Notes: generated by a model from the letters alone, not told the origin. Numbered from the stretch's first letter, positions 9,024-19,502 are shown. The stretch: 59,311 bases of DNA from Alphaproteobacteria bacterium (GCA_031402515.1 JANNSK010000114.1:1-59311); one strand, 5' to 3'. Translations and numbers: made by a program.

Positions 9024-10904
9024 ATGCACGTCGGACAACTGGTCAGCAGTCTTTTTTCCGTATTCCATGATCGCCGCAAATCGGTGGCGCAGATTCAGGC
9101 CGAAGCGAGCGCCAGCGTCCTCAAACGCACATTGGGCAAATGGAACCTCGTCAGCCTCGGCATTGGCTGCATCATCGGCGCCGGTATTTTCGTGATGACC
9201 GGCACCGCCGCCGCCAACCATGCGGGCCCTGCGATCATCCTCTCCTTCGTATTTGCCGGATTCGCCTGCGCTTTCGCGGGCTTATGTTACGCTGAATTGG
9301 CCTCGGTGCTGCCGGTATCCGGCTCCGCCTATACCTATGCCTATGCCACGCTCGGCGAAGTTTTCGCCTGGGTGATGGGCTGGCTGCTGCTGCTCGAATA
9401 CGGGCTTGCCGCCTCGACGGTCGCCGTCGGCTGGTCGGGCTATATCGTCAGCTTCCTCAAAGATTTCAACATCGTCATCCCGCCGGAATATACGGCGGCG
9501 ACGGGCCATGCGGTGAAACTCGCCAGCGGCCAGATGGGCACGGCGATCTTCAACCTCCCCGCCTTCCTCGGCGTGACGGCGGTAACGGCGCTGCTCATTG
9601 TCGGCGTCAAAGAATCGGCGAGCGTGAACAATGTTATCGTGCTGATCAAAGTATCGGTGATCGTGCTGTTCATCGCGATCGGGATTTTCTACGTGAACCC
9701 GGACAATTGGCATCCGTTTATACCGGAGGAAAAAGGGCCGGGTGAATTCGGCTTTAGCGGCATCCTGCGCGCCTCGTCGATCATCTTCTTCGCCTATGTC
9801 GGTTTCGAGGCGGTCTCAACCGCGGCGGCCGAGGCCAAGAATCCGCAGAAGGATATGCCGTTCGGCATCATCGGCTCACTGGTGATTTGTACGATTATCT
9901 ATATGGCGGTGGCGCTGGTGCTCACCGGCATTGTGCATTACCCGGAGCTCAACGTGCCCGACCCGATCGCGGTGGCGGTCGACCAAATCGGCCTCGGCTG
10001 GTTCTCCTTCGTCATCAAGGTCGGCGCCATCATGGGCCTGTCGTCGGTGATGCTGGTGCTGCTCTACGGTCAGACGCGGATTTTCTACACGATGAGCAAA
10101 GACGGGCTGCTGCCGGTCGTACTCAGCCACGTGCATAAGAAGTTCCGTACGCCGTGGATCAACACGATTATCGTCGGCGTGCTGGTGTCGATTGCGGCGG
10201 GTACGATGCCGATCAACGAACTGGGCGACCTGGTGTCGCTCGGCACGTTATGTGCCTTTGCCATTGTGTGCATGAGCGTATTGTGGCTGCATTATAAACA
10301 GCCGAAGCTAGCGCGGCCGTTCTCCACCCCGTGGAAACCGTGGATTCCGCTGCTTGGCATCGCTTTCTGCGGCTACCTCATCGCGCAGATGCCGTGGGCG
10401 ACCTTCGTGCAGCTGAAATGGTTCTTCCTGCTCGGCGCGCTGATCTATCTGTTCTACGGACGGGGCAACAGCCTGCTCGGTGCCACCACCGATAAGGGCT
10501 CGATGAATGGCGTGCAGCAGCTCTGGCTGCTGGTGGGCCTCGTTGGCGCGCTCTATATCGGCACGCTTGGCTTCCGCCAGCCGGACACGATGTCCTCCGT
10601 CGCCGATATGATCCAGATCGTCATGGCGCTGCTGGTCACCGGGGCGCTGGCGCTCAGCGGTATTCTCTGGAGTCAGGCGAAGAAAGGCAAAGCGGGCGAT
10701 ATGGGTGACGACTGGTTCAACACGCTGTTCGGTCTCTATGTCTTCGGCTTGCTGCTGTCGGTGATGCTGGATATTGGATCGTCGAAAGAGCTGCTGGCGC
10801 CCGCCTTGGTGCCGTATCTCTCCGCCCTGTTCGCCTTCACCACCAGCCTCGCGCTGCTGTGGTCGGTGCCGCTGCCGGGCTGGCTCAGAAGAAGGTTCAG
10901 CTAA
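9024..10904 (+). CDS. APC-superfamily amino-acid permease with an extra C-terminal transmembrane extension
   Basis: The ORF-track start at 8796 reads through repeats. AGGAGA Shine-Dalgarno motif then ATG at 9024 (MHVGQLV). Typical permease N-terminus (LGKWNLVSLGIGCIIGAGIFVMTG) and many transmembrane helices. About 150 extra C-terminal residues contain further hydrophobic helices. Confidence 0.85.
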   Translation: MHVGQLVSSLFSVFHDRRKSVAQIQAEASASVLKRTLGKWNLVSLGIGCIIGAGIFVMTGTAAANHAGPAIILSFVFAGFACAFAGLCYAELASVLPVSGSAYTYAYATLGEVFAWVMGWLLLLEYGLAASTVAVGWSGYIVSFLKDFNIVIPPEYTAATGHAVKLASGQMGTAIFNLPAFLGVTAVTALLIVGVKESASVNNVIVLIKVSVIVLFIAIGIFYVNPDNWHPFIPEEKGPGEFGFSGILRASSIIFFAYVGFEAVSTAAAEAKNPQKDMPFGIIGSLVICTIIYMAVALVLTGIVHYPELNVPDPIAVAVDQIGLGWFSFVIKVGAIMGLSSVMLVLLYGQTRIFYTMSKDGLLPVVLSHVHKKFRTPWINTIIVGVLVSIAAGTMPINELGDLVSLGTLCAFAIVCMSVLWLHYKQPKLARPFSTPWKPWIPLLGIAFCGYLIAQMPWATFVQLKWFFLLGALIYLFYGRGNSLLGATTDKGSMNGVQQLWLLVGLVGALYIGTLGFRQPDTMSSVADMIQIVMALLVTGALALSGILWSQAKKGKAGDMGDDWFNTLFGLYVFGLLLSVMLDIGSSKELLAPALVPYLSALFAFTTSLALLWSVPLPGWLRRRFS

Positions 10905-11002
10905 GCATTCGGAGACCATTCGGCTAGAATCCCGGCCCGTTACGTAAATACTTGCCAAGGGCAATGACGCTGGCTAAACCATGCGCGCCTCAATTTAAGT
11001 GT

Positions 11003-11077
11003 GCCGTCGTAGCTCAGGGGTAGAGCAACGCATTCGTAATGCGTGGGTCGGGGGTTCAATTCCCTCCGACGGCACCA
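11003..11077 (+). tRNA. tRNA-Thr (anticodon CGT)
   Basis: 75-nt cloverleaf. Acceptor stem GCCGTCG/CGACGGC, D-arm AGCTCAGGGGTAGAGC, anticodon stem-loop ACGCA-TTCGTAA-TGCGT, T-loop GGTTCAATTCC, encoded CCA. Confidence 0.9.
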
Positions 11078-11199
11078 CCCTACGCCTTCGGCTTCGGGTG
11101 GCTGACACCAGTCAGACACACGAAGGCGATCTTAGGCGTAGGAGTGTCCTCCGAAGCTCGTAGAGCGAAGGCGGACGCGCTCAACAATCTCAAACTTTT

Positions 11200-11886
11200 T
11201 TACATCACCGGCTGGGTGTAGGTGATGGTATAGGCGCGGAGGCCTTTGTCGCCGACGGTGACTTTTTTCACCTGCGTCGCGTCGCCATAAGTAGCGGTGA
11301 CGGTGTAGGCACCCTTCGGCAAATCCACCAGCAGATAGGGACCTTCGGTGGTCGTGCTCAAGATTGCCTCGCCGGTTGTATTGGCGATAGTGACAGTGAC
11401 GTCCGCCAGATAGTGGCCGGTATTGGCAGCGAAGGAGAGTTTTACGCGGAAGTCAGGTTCGAGCAGCTTCATCTGCGCCTTGCCTTCTTCGCCGAGGCCG
11501 CCGCTGACATAGCGGATGCCGTTATCCATGGCGTAGACTTCCGGTGCGTCGAGGTAATCTTCGTCGTCGGTGGTGCGCACGATTTCGCGCGCGCTGTCGG
11601 CGAAGGGTTTATCCTCGCCGCCTGCCGCAGGGTTGATGATTTCAGGCTGGCGTACTTTGTCGGCGCGTTCAGGGCGGACAAGGGTTGCGCCTTCGCGGTA
11701 TTTGATCGAAACGTCGGTCTGCCCGGAGGGGACATGAATAACATCCTGCATCAGCGTGCCATCGGGCGGGCCGTCGCCGGGATTCTTGGCGGTGGGCATG
11801 GGTTGATGGATGGGCTGGGCAAGGGCGGTGCTGGCCAGAAGTGTTGCGAGCATTGCGGTTCGGATTGTCCGTAGAGATGGTGACAT
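11200..11886 (-). CDS. Secreted protein with C-terminal carboxypeptidase-regulatory-like beta-sandwich
   Basis: AAGGAGAC Shine-Dalgarno motif then ATG at 11886 (MSPSLRTIRTAMLATLLASTALAQP, signal-peptide-like). C-terminal segment VTVTIANTTGEAILSTTTEGPYLLVDLPKGAYTVTATYGD. The ORF-track start at 11955 is upstream of the Shine-Dalgarno motif. Confidence 0.7.
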   Translation of the reverse strand: MSPSLRTIRTAMLATLLASTALAQPIHQPMPTAKNPGDGPPDGTLMQDVIHVPSGQTDVSIKYREGATLVRPERADKVRQPEIINPAAGGEDKPFADSAREIVRTTDDEDYLDAPEVYAMDNGIRYVSGGLGEEGKAQMKLLEPDFRVKLSFAANTGHYLADVTVTIANTTGEAILSTTTEGPYLLVDLPKGAYTVTATYGDATQVKKVTVGDKGLRAYTITYTQPVM

Positions 11887-12071
11887 GGGGGTCTCCTTGT
11901 GGTGAGTGTCGGTGAGATTCGACCACCAACATAGTCCATTAGCGAGAGATAACAAGGGGGGAGCTTAAAAGCCTATAGGAAACAGTATAGTGCATCTGTG
12001 TTATTTGCATGACTGGGTGGGCAGAAATCTGCTAAAACCCAGTCAGTTCAACTCGGCAAAAGGAGACTTTT

Positions 12072-12704
12072 ATGTACACGCTTTATTATTCACCGAATGC
12101 CTGCTCCCTCGCGGTCCATGCGCTGCTCATCGACATCGGCGCGAAATACGAACTGGTCAATGTCAAGGAAGCGCAGAATCACGACGCGTTTGTAAAAGCC
12201 AATCCACGGGCGATGGTGCCGACGCTTATCGTCGAAGGCAAGCCACTCTATGAAGGTGCAGCCATCCTCACCTACCTCGCTGACACGCATCGCAGTACCT
12301 TGCTTCCCGTCGCTGGCTGGGAACGCGCCAAGGCGCTCGAATGGTTGTCGTTCGCCAATAGCACCTTACATCCCAAATACGGTGCGCTATTCGCCTCGCT
12401 GTTCAAAATCGGCATGAGTCCTGCCGACGCAGATAAGAACCCGTTAACCAGTGCGGCGCTCGACGGTATCCAGCAATGCTGGGATCAGGTGGAGCAGGAA
12501 TTGCAGAGCAAGCAGTATATGGTCGGCAGCGAAGCCACCATCGGCGATATCCTGCTTACGGTGATCGCCAACTGGTCGCCCGCCATGCCACGGACCATCA
12601 AATTCGGGCCGAAAACCAAGGCCTATCTCACCCGCGTCAGCGCGCTGCCTTCCTACCAGAAGGCCATGGCGGAGGAGAAGGTGGAGTATAAAGTGGCGGC
12701 GTAA
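12072..12704 (+). CDS. Glutathione S-transferase family protein
   Basis: 210 aa. AAGGAGA Shine-Dalgarno motif. N-terminal thioredoxin-like GST fold (MYTLYYSPNACSLAVHALL...VPTLIVEGKPLYEGAAILTYL) and a helical C-domain. Confidence 0.8.
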   Translation: MYTLYYSPNACSLAVHALLIDIGAKYELVNVKEAQNHDAFVKANPRAMVPTLIVEGKPLYEGAAILTYLADTHRSTLLPVAGWERAKALEWLSFANSTLHPKYGALFASLFKIGMSPADADKNPLTSAALDGIQQCWDQVEQELQSKQYMVGSEATIGDILLTVIANWSPAMPRTIKFGPKTKAYLTRVSALPSYQKAMAEEKVEYKVAA

Positions 12705-12789
12705 GGCAGAATGAAAGGTTGTCAGCCACTGGCTGATTTGCTAGTGGTTGACACCCCATTCCTTGAAAATCATCCATTCGGAGCAAGCC

Positions 12790-13125
12790 ATGAAAAAACT
12801 TCTGCCATTGATGCTCGCGCTGGCGCTTGCCGCCTGCGCCGGCGAATACTGCAATAAACCCTGTCAGGATATGTGTGCCAAACATCGTGAACCGCTTTCT
12901 GAACGTACCTTAGGTTCGACGCGTGGCAACAACAACGTGATCATCCAGTATAATGATCAGGACTACAAAAAGAGCAGCAAGGGGTTCTGCAGTCATTGCG
13001 ACAAGATGAAGGGTGAATCCGGCAAGGCCAATAAGCGCACCAATAAAACATATAAGTCGGCGCCCGTCGATACGGTAACCGAGAAGAAAGAAACAAAGCC
13101 AGCGAAGAAAGGCCTGTTCTTCTAA
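12790..13125 (+). CDS. Small Cys-rich, Lys-rich lipoprotein
   Basis: In-frame ATG at 12790 gives MKKLLPLMLALALAAC, a lipobox with Cys. A canonical terminator follows. Confidence 0.6.
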   Translation: MKKLLPLMLALALAACAGEYCNKPCQDMCAKHREPLSERTLGSTRGNNNVIIQYNDQDYKKSSKGFCSHCDKMKGESGKANKRTNKTYKSAPVDTVTEKKETKPAKKGLFF

Positions 13126-13146
13126 ACTTCCACCCGCATTCATGAA

Positions 13147-13176
13147 AAGGGAGGCCCCGTGCCTCCCTTTTTTATT
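13147..13176 (+). terminator. Rho-independent terminator
   Basis: AAGGGAGGC-cccgt-GCCTCCCTT followed by a TTTTATT tract. Confidence 0.75.
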
Positions 13177-13225
13177 GGTAATCTGCCGCTTGCAAGAGCA
13201 GCGATAAATCCCTACAACCCGCGCC

Positions 13226-15031
13226 ATGACAGACTTGTCTCACATCAGGAACTTCTCGATCATTGCCCATATCGACCATGGCAAATCGACGCTGGCCGAC
13301 CGGCTGATTATGGCCTGCGGCGCGGTCGAGGCGCGCGACATGCACGCGCAGATGCTCGATTCGATGGATATTGAGCGCGAGCGCGGCATCACCATCAAGT
13401 CGCAAACGGTGCGGCTGAAATATACGGCGAAGGACGGCAAGGATTACATCCTGAACCTGATGGATACGCCCGGCCATGTCGATTTCGCCTATGAGGTGAG
13501 TCGTTGTCTGGCGGCGTGTGAAGGCTCGCTGCTGGTGGTCGATGCGAGCCAAGGGGTGGAGGCGCAAACGCTGGCCAACGTCTATCAGGCCATCGACAAC
13601 AAAAACGAAATCGTTCCGGTCTTAAACAAAATCGATTTACCGGCGGCTGAACCGCTTGCCGTCAGCCAGCAGATCGAGGACATGATCGGCATCGATACGA
13701 CGGACGCGCTGCATGTCTCGGCGAAAACGGGGCAGGGGATTCCTGACCTGCTCGAGGCCATCGTCGCGCGCGTGCCTCACCCGAAGGGCGACCGCGAGGC
13801 GCCGCTCAAGGCGCTGCTCGTTGATAGCTGGTACGACACCTATCTCGGCGTGATTATCCTCGTGCGCGTCGTGGACGGCACACTCAAGAAGGGTCAGAAA
13901 ATCCGCTTCATGAATGCAGGCATGACCCAAACGGTCGAGGGTGTCGGCGTGTTCACGCCGAAGAAAGTGAATGCCGAACTATTGGGGCCGGGTGAGGTGG
14001 GCTACATCCAGACCGGCATCAAGCTCGTTGAAGAATGCAATGTCGGCGACACGATCACCGACGAGAAAAACCAGACTGCCGAAGCATTGCCGGGATTCAA
14101 ACCGGTGCAGCCGGTGGTGTTCTGCGGATTATATCCTACGGACGCTTCCGACTTCGAACATCTCAAAGATTCGCTGGCCAAGCTGCGCTTAAACGATGCG
14201 AGCTTCCAGTTCGAGACCGAAAGTTCTACCGCGCTCGGCTTTGGATTCCGTTGCGGGTTCCTTGGATTACTGCATCTCGAAATTATTCAGGAGCGTCTGG
14301 AGCGCGAGTTCGATCTCGACCTCATCGCCACCGCACCTTCGGTTATTTATAAAATAACCATGACCGACGGCAAGGTGATGGAGCTGCATAATCCCGCCGA
14401 TTATCCGGATGTCACCAAAATCGCCGTGATGGAAGAGCCGTGGATTCATGCGACCATTTTCGTGCCGGATGATTATCTGGGGAATATTCTCGCGCTCTGT
14501 ACGGAGAAACGCGGCGAGCAGAAAAACCTCACCTATGTTGGCTCGCGCGCGCTGGTCGAATACAAGCTGCCGCTCAACGAAGTCGTGTTCGATTTTTACG
14601 ACCGGCTGAAATCAGGCAGCAAAGGTTACGCGAGTTTCGAGTATCACGTCGACGAATATCGCGAGAGCGATTTGGTAAAAGTGTCTATTCTCGTCAATGG
14701 CGAGTCGGTCGACGCGCTGGCGATGATCCTGCATCGCGCCGCTGCCGATTCGCGCGGCCGCGCGCTCTGTGGCCGCCTGAAGGAATTGATCCCCAAACAC
14801 CTGTTCCAGATTGCGATTCAGGCGGCCATCGGCGGTAAAATCATCGCCCGTGAAACCATTTCGGCGATGCGCAAAGACGTCACCGCGAAATGCTATGGTG
14901 GCGACATCAGCCGCAAACGCAAACTGCTCGATAAGCAGAAAAAGGGTAAAAAACGCATGCGGCAGATCGGCAATGTCGACATCCCGCAATCGGCCTTCAT
15001 CGCCGCGCTGAAGATGAGTGACGAAGGGTAG
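13226..15031 (+). CDS. lepA: Elongation factor 4 (LepA)
   Basis: 601 aa. GTPase motifs [17 protein letters not shown] and NKIDL, with a LepA-specific C-terminal region ending in a [20 protein letters not shown]-type tail. Confidence 0.95.
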   Translation: MTDLSHIRNFSIIAHIDHGKSTLADRLIMACGAVEARDMHAQMLDSMDIERERGITIKSQTVRLKYTAKDGKDYILNLMDTPGHVDFAYEVSRCLAACEGSLLVVDASQGVEAQTLANVYQAIDNKNEIVPVLNKIDLPAAEPLAVSQQIEDMIGIDTTDALHVSAKTGQGIPDLLEAIVARVPHPKGDREAPLKALLVDSWYDTYLGVIILVRVVDGTLKKGQKIRFMNAGMTQTVEGVGVFTPKKVNAELLGPGEVGYIQTGIKLVEECNVGDTITDEKNQTAEALPGFKPVQPVVFCGLYPTDASDFEHLKDSLAKLRLNDASFQFETESSTALGFGFRCGFLGLLHLEIIQERLEREFDLDLIATAPSVIYKITMTDGKVMELHNPADYPDVTKIAVMEEPWIHATIFVPDDYLGNILALCTEKRGEQKNLTYVGSRALVEYKLPLNEVVFDFYDRLKSGSKGYASFEYHVDEYRESDLVKVSILVNGESVDALAMILHRAAADSRGRALCGRLKELIPKHLFQIAIQAAIGGKIIARETISAMRKDVTAKCYGGDISRKRKLLDKQKKGKKRMRQIGNVDIPQSAFIAALKMSDEG

Positions 15032-15046
15032 GAATCTCCATCTTTT

Positions 15047-16252
15047 TTAATATTGTTCTTTCACAGAAAAAACGGGGATTTCACGCACAAGGAATTCTTC
15101 AAAAAGTGGTACTGTAAAAGCTGTATCACCATGTGCCGGACTATAAATCATGCCTTTGTTAATCAGCTGACCACGAAGTGGGGCTACTTGCTCGACAGTT
15201 TTTCCTAGTTTGGTTGCAATATCACCGGATCTTTGTGTTTTTGCTCCTAATTCAGCCAAAGCGCGAACATATTTTTTCTCACTCGGCGTAAGCCGATCGA
15301 ATCGGGTTCGGAAAAAATTCTTATCGAGATTGGCAATCGATAACGCACTCGCATTCTTTACATCATTAACGGTGATGGGGGATTCTTTTGCTATATTCCA
15401 CGCATGATATCCCCATTCCTGCAGGAAGTAGGGGTAGCCTTTCGTAGTTTTATAAATTTCATTCAGGGCGCCCGGAGCAAAGGCAACTTTTAGTTCTTTC
15501 GCTGGTTGTTGTAGTGCAATAATCGCGTCTTCTTTATTAAGGGCCCCCACCTCAGGGTAGGTAAACAACCGTTCCGCGTATGATTTTGAGTTGCCGGCTT
15601 TGGCGATCAATTGCGGCAATCCAGCGCCAATGAGAATAAGTGGCAATGATCTTTGTGAAACACGATGCACTGCCATAATCATGGCGCTCAATTCAATTTC
15701 GTCTACGTACTGTAGTTCGTCAATGATGATGGCCACTGCTGTTTTTCGGTCTTTTGCCGCCTCTCCAATGGCGACAAAAAGTGCGGCAAGATCAACTTCC
15801 AAATCCCCACTATCCGCTTCTCCTGTTTCAGCATCGACGTTGATATAAAATTCGAGATCGCCCGACTTGACTTTTAGAGCACCTATAAAGCTTTTAAATA
15901 CCCGCAGGGCCTTTTTAGCTTTTTCGCTAATCATTTCTCCACGATCCAGATCAAAAAGAATGCGCCGAAGATGTGGAATCAGCAACTCTGCCAAAGATTT
16001 TTTTTGGCGGCTTTCATGCGCCTCAATAAAAGCCACCCTATATCCGGCTTTTTCCGCCAGTCTCTGAATCTCACCTAGCAACACAGTTTTGCCCACGCCT
16101 CTTAAACCCACAAGTATCATGCTTTTTTCTGCGCGCCCGTTCTTAACGCGCTCTAATGCAACCAGTGCATTTTCTAATATAGCCTTACGGCCAGCTAGTT
16201 CAGGAGGGGGAGTCCCGGCTCCCGGGGAAAAAGGATTTTTTGCTCTGTCCAT
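15047..16252 (-). CDS. Orphan AAA/ORC-like (archaeal-ATPase type) NTPase with C-terminal winged-helix-like region
   Basis: 401 aa. Walker A GLRGVGKT and Walker B AIIIDELQY. The gene and its 5' flank look AT-richer by eye than lepA next door. Confidence 0.7.
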   Translation of the reverse strand: MDRAKNPFSPGAGTPPPELAGRKAILENALVALERVKNGRAEKSMILVGLRGVGKTVLLGEIQRLAEKAGYRVAFIEAHESRQKKSLAELLIPHLRRILFDLDRGEMISEKAKKALRVFKSFIGALKVKSGDLEFYINVDAETGEADSGDLEVDLAALFVAIGEAAKDRKTAVAIIIDELQYVDEIELSAMIMAVHRVSQRSLPLILIGAGLPQLIAKAGNSKSYAERLFTYPEVGALNKEDAIIALQQPAKELKVAFAPGALNEIYKTTKGYPYFLQEWGYHAWNIAKESPITVNDVKNASALSIANLDKNFFRTRFDRLTPSEKKYVRALAELGAKTQRSGDIATKLGKTVEQVAPLRGQLINKGMIYSPAHGDTAFTVPLFEEFLVREIPVFSVKEQY

Positions 16253-16392
16253 GTATATATACCTTATTATTACTTATCGTTAATGTTGATAATATGTAAT
16301 AAGTTTCATAAGATGTCAAATCCAAGTGATAATGAAGCTATGAGCGACGAAGGTTAAGCTTTTCCAGTTGGTTAGCTTGGCTCTTTGTAATT

Positions 16393-16419
16393 GTCACACA
16401 ATCTTCACAATCATTAACA
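16393..16419 (+). promoter_or_regulatory. Tandem-hexamer box GTCACAcaatcTTCACAatcaTTAACA
   Basis: Three direct hexamers spaced 11 and 10 bp apart. GCTATCTA lies 8 nt downstream and the start codon is about 50 nt away. Confidence 0.6.
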
Positions 16420-16467
16420 AGTAATTGTGCTATCTATTTCCTTTATCAAGCAATGATGGAGCAAGTT

Positions 16468-17532
16468 ATGGCGGCAAACAACACTACCATGGGTAATATT
16501 TATTCCGGTGATATGGCCAACGAGGTGATGGGAAGTGAAGGGCCCGACTCGGTTCATTTTAGGGTCTTAAAGAACGCCTATACGCAAGGCGGTAACGACA
16601 CGGTGAACGTCACTGTTTTGCTTTCCGGTGATCTAAGCACGGGTGCTGGTGATGATAAAATTAATGTTCACCAGATTGATGGTGACGGTTCCATCGATGC
16701 GGGTGCGGGCCGCAATGACCAGGTCACGATTGGGGCAACATTGGCGAAACGCGTTACTGATATTGATCGGCGGCCGGTGACATTGGGTGGCGGTGGTACG
16801 GTGGATGCAATCCGGCAGTCGGTAGAGGTAAATACCAGAAATGGTGTAGCCAACACCGTCAACGTCAAGGATATGGAAAGTGTAGAGGTTGAGGTTGACC
16901 CGTATGACTCGGTCCGTGCGACAGGTGTGGACCGTGTTCGGGTGCGCTCCGGCTTTACCAAAGACTATTGGGCGGCGAAGGGCATCCATCACACGGTGCC
17001 GATCGATATTACTGATGCGAAGGGTGGTGTGCTGGTGAGTTTGCATCATTCAGATATCGATGCGAATATTACGTTGCGTGGTGTGACAGGGACCATGAAC
17101 ATTTCACTGAGTAAGCAGGATAACCTTGGCTGGCATGAATCGACATGGATTCCGGGCATGCCTGACCCGACCGGCCACCATCAAACCATCACGCTGGATG
17201 ATAGTTTTGTGTTAAGCCAAAGTGATGATGGCAGTGCTGTGAAACCGCGTAGAATTCACATGGGTGCTGAAGGCGGCAAGCATGTGCTGAATATCAAACA
17301 TGGAGCAGCAAAGCATTTCCTGCGTCCGGACCAGTCTCCCAGCTTGCAACAGACGACACCAGACAATGAGATAGGTACGATCTATCTGCTGCGCGATCAG
17401 AATAATCAGCAGATTATCCTTGATAAATCTACCCAGAAGGTGGTGTTTGAAGGCGTTGGCAAAGATGGTCAGGATGTCATGTACGACCTTACCTTACCCA
17501 ATCTGAAGGCGCAGACCGTTCCCCATAAATAG
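16468..17532 (+). CDS. Hypothetical protein with degenerate G-x-D beta-roll-like repeats; paralogue of 21152-22408
   Basis: GGAG lies 6 nt before the ATG at 16468 (alternative start 16453). No signal peptide. GGNDTVNV...GAGDDKINV...GAGRNDQV repeats. The VNVKDMESVEVEV motif matches INVENVKDVEVVL in the paralogue. Confidence 0.65.
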   Translation: MAANNTTMGNIYSGDMANEVMGSEGPDSVHFRVLKNAYTQGGNDTVNVTVLLSGDLSTGAGDDKINVHQIDGDGSIDAGAGRNDQVTIGATLAKRVTDIDRRPVTLGGGGTVDAIRQSVEVNTRNGVANTVNVKDMESVEVEVDPYDSVRATGVDRVRVRSGFTKDYWAAKGIHHTVPIDITDAKGGVLVSLHHSDIDANITLRGVTGTMNISLSKQDNLGWHESTWIPGMPDPTGHHQTITLDDSFVLSQSDDGSAVKPRRIHMGAEGGKHVLNIKHGAAKHFLRPDQSPSLQQTTPDNEIGTIYLLRDQNNQQIILDKSTQKVVFEGVGKDGQDVMYDLTLPNLKAQTVPHK

Positions 17533-17581
17533 CCCATACCGATTACAGTGCGCATCTATCGCTGAAGATGGGTGGTGAGGG

Positions 17582-19177
17582 CTAGCGCTGGTTCTGCGCA
17601 ACGCGTTGGTTGTTGTTGAGCGCCGCCGCCAGCGTCGAGTTATTCCGGAACGCGTGTTCCATATATTTCTGGGTGTCGATGAACTTGTCGCCGGGCTGGA
17701 GCATGGCATACTGGGTGACGCCCTCGTCGTCGATATAGCTGATGTTGACGGAGCCATTACGCTGCGGGTTGATGCTGCGAATGAAGCCGGTATGGCTGCC
17801 CTCGCCGCGGCTTTTGTTGCTGACGTAAATGTCATACGGTTGGGGTATGTTGTGCGCGTTATAAGTTGTGTAAGCGCCGGCATTCCCTGCGAGACTACGC
17901 ATGGCATCGACCCCCATCGGGAACGCGTCGCCTTGGCCGAAAACCATGCTGCCAATGCTGCGGATTCTATCTTTGTTGTTGCTATGGCCGGGGTTCACAG
18001 GACGGCCAATCAATGCTCCCGCCGCCATAATAAGCACCAGCGAATTACATGCCTGACACGCGCGTTCGCCCACCGTACCATTAGCACCATTACCAGTTCT
18101 GGCGGTTGCCAGAGCTTCCGTATTCGGGGCGCCGGAGAAATAAATCATTTTTTTGCTTTCACCGTCGAGACCTTGGGTATTCGACTGCAATATCCGATCC
18201 TGTTGTGCGATGGCAGCCCTGAAATTCGGCATGCCGCTTGATGTGGTCAGCGGCGTTGGTAATTCCATGGTGTTGCCATCGGGAACTGAAGTAACTGGCA
18301 ACTTTGGCACTGGTGGTTGCGATGCTATTGCTTGAGGCTTTGTAGATTGAATGCCTGCGAACACTTCATCCGGTATATCCAGTCCATATTTCCTTAATTT
18401 CTGCTGTAGCTCGTTCTTTAACGAAGCAATCTCTTCAGCAGAAAGCGCGGACCCTTGAAAACCAAGTTTCTGAAGAATGGAAGGAAGTCTATTTCTGTCT
18501 GCTAATGAATCATTGCCTTTGCTACGCGGGTTACTTCTTAGCTCGGCATCGAGCGCAATTTCACCGAAGTAATCGGTGATCACACGTACGGCCTGATCTT
18601 TGGAGCTGCCCCTACTTAGAGGGTCAAGCAGGATGCCGAGTTCTATTTTGAAGACCCTAAAAGCATCGACAGCCCGATAGCCCTTGGGTGGCGGTGTAAG
18701 GGTAATCTTTTCCAACGCATGGGCGAGCGGAGTTGGTCCGGAACGGTTTGATGTGGGGGGTGTCGCGGTGGCAGTTGGGGTAACGACAGGCGGAATAACG
18801 ACAGGCGAGGTGGCAACGTTTTCACCTGCACCCGGGCCATCTGGTATCGAAGGCGGCGAGTAAGGTTCATTGAGATTGTGTGCGCGCGTGCGCACGGTGC
18901 CGCCGTTGGCAACGATGAACGCATCAAGCGCGCGCGTAGTGGCCGGACCAAAAATACCATCCACCGCAATTGGCGCTTCGGGATGGGTGGTGTTGTAGTA
19001 TTCCTGTAATGCCCTGACCGCTGCCTGAGTTTTGGGACCGAAGATGCGATCTTCGGCGAGTGCTTGGCTATTCGGCAGAAAGCCCTTGCCAGACTTACCT
19101 AGCAATGCATCCAGCGCGTTGAGATCATGCTGAAGTTCTTTCACCGAATCGCTACGTTGACCGCGTCTTAAACTCAT
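17582..19177 (-). CDS. Two peptidoglycan-binding (PG_binding_1-like) repeats plus a C-terminal putative papain-like (CHAP/NlpC-type) hydrolase
   Basis: 531 aa with GGGAGG Shine-Dalgarno motif. N-terminal repeats LRRGQRSDSVKELQHDLN...IFGPKTQAAVRALQ and VDGIFGPATTRALDAFI. The C-terminal Cys (GERACQACNS) and His (GEGSHTGFIRSI) arrangement is my inference only. Confidence 0.7.
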   Translation of the reverse strand: MSLRRGQRSDSVKELQHDLNALDALLGKSGKGFLPNSQALAEDRIFGPKTQAAVRALQEYYNTTHPEAPIAVDGIFGPATTRALDAFIVANGGTVRTRAHNLNEPYSPPSIPDGPGAGENVATSPVVIPPVVTPTATATPPTSNRSGPTPLAHALEKITLTPPPKGYRAVDAFRVFKIELGILLDPLSRGSSKDQAVRVITDYFGEIALDAELRSNPRSKGNDSLADRNRLPSILQKLGFQGSALSAEEIASLKNELQQKLRKYGLDIPDEVFAGIQSTKPQAIASQPPVPKLPVTSVPDGNTMELPTPLTTSSGMPNFRAAIAQQDRILQSNTQGLDGESKKMIYFSGAPNTEALATARTGNGANGTVGERACQACNSLVLIMAAGALIGRPVNPGHSNNKDRIRSIGSMVFGQGDAFPMGVDAMRSLAGNAGAYTTYNAHNIPQPYDIYVSNKSRGEGSHTGFIRSINPQRNGSVNISYIDDEGVTQYAMLQPGDKFIDTQKYMEHAFRNNSTLAAALNNNQRVAQNQR

Positions 19178-19227
19178 GCCTTTGCCTCCCGCAAACAGGA
19201 ATCCATGAGTCTATTATAGCGCAATTG

Positions 19228-19244
19228 TGTGAAGATTTTATGAA
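19228..19244 (-). promoter_or_regulatory. Tandem-hexamer box TTCATAaaatcTTCACA (read on the minus strand)
   Basis: Followed on the minus strand by caatTGCGCTATAAT (a -10-like element, plus-strand 19213-19220). Lies upstream of the start at 19177. Confidence 0.55.
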
Positions 19245-19502
19245 GGTCCGGGAGTTTTTACCAGGCGCCGCAAAGGCCACGCAAATCTTTTAATATGCTG
19301 ATAAATATAAGTAATTATACTTAGCGCTGGAGGGGGATTGTTTCGATTGATTCGCCATTGTCGATCGACGCATGGGCGATGGATTCTGCCCGGCACCGCC
19401 GCACTCAAGATGGGCGATGAGAGGGGTAGGCACCGCTTTGCAAACGGCCAGTTTAATGCTAAACGCAACCCGTGCATATTGGGGTCAAGGGAGTGAATCA
19501 CG

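Noticed and set aside
11039-11221. ORFs overlapping the tRNA genes and their trailing elements (11039-11221, 23993-24261, 24149-24466).
   Set aside because: They overlap well-folded tRNAs or GC-rich repeat E and have no coding support.
15047-16252. Interpreting the orphan AAA/ORC-like NTPase as a defence system (STAND/AVAST-like).
   Set aside because: It is a single 401-aa gene with no effector domain or partner genes visible. The evidence is limited to AT-rich composition and island context.
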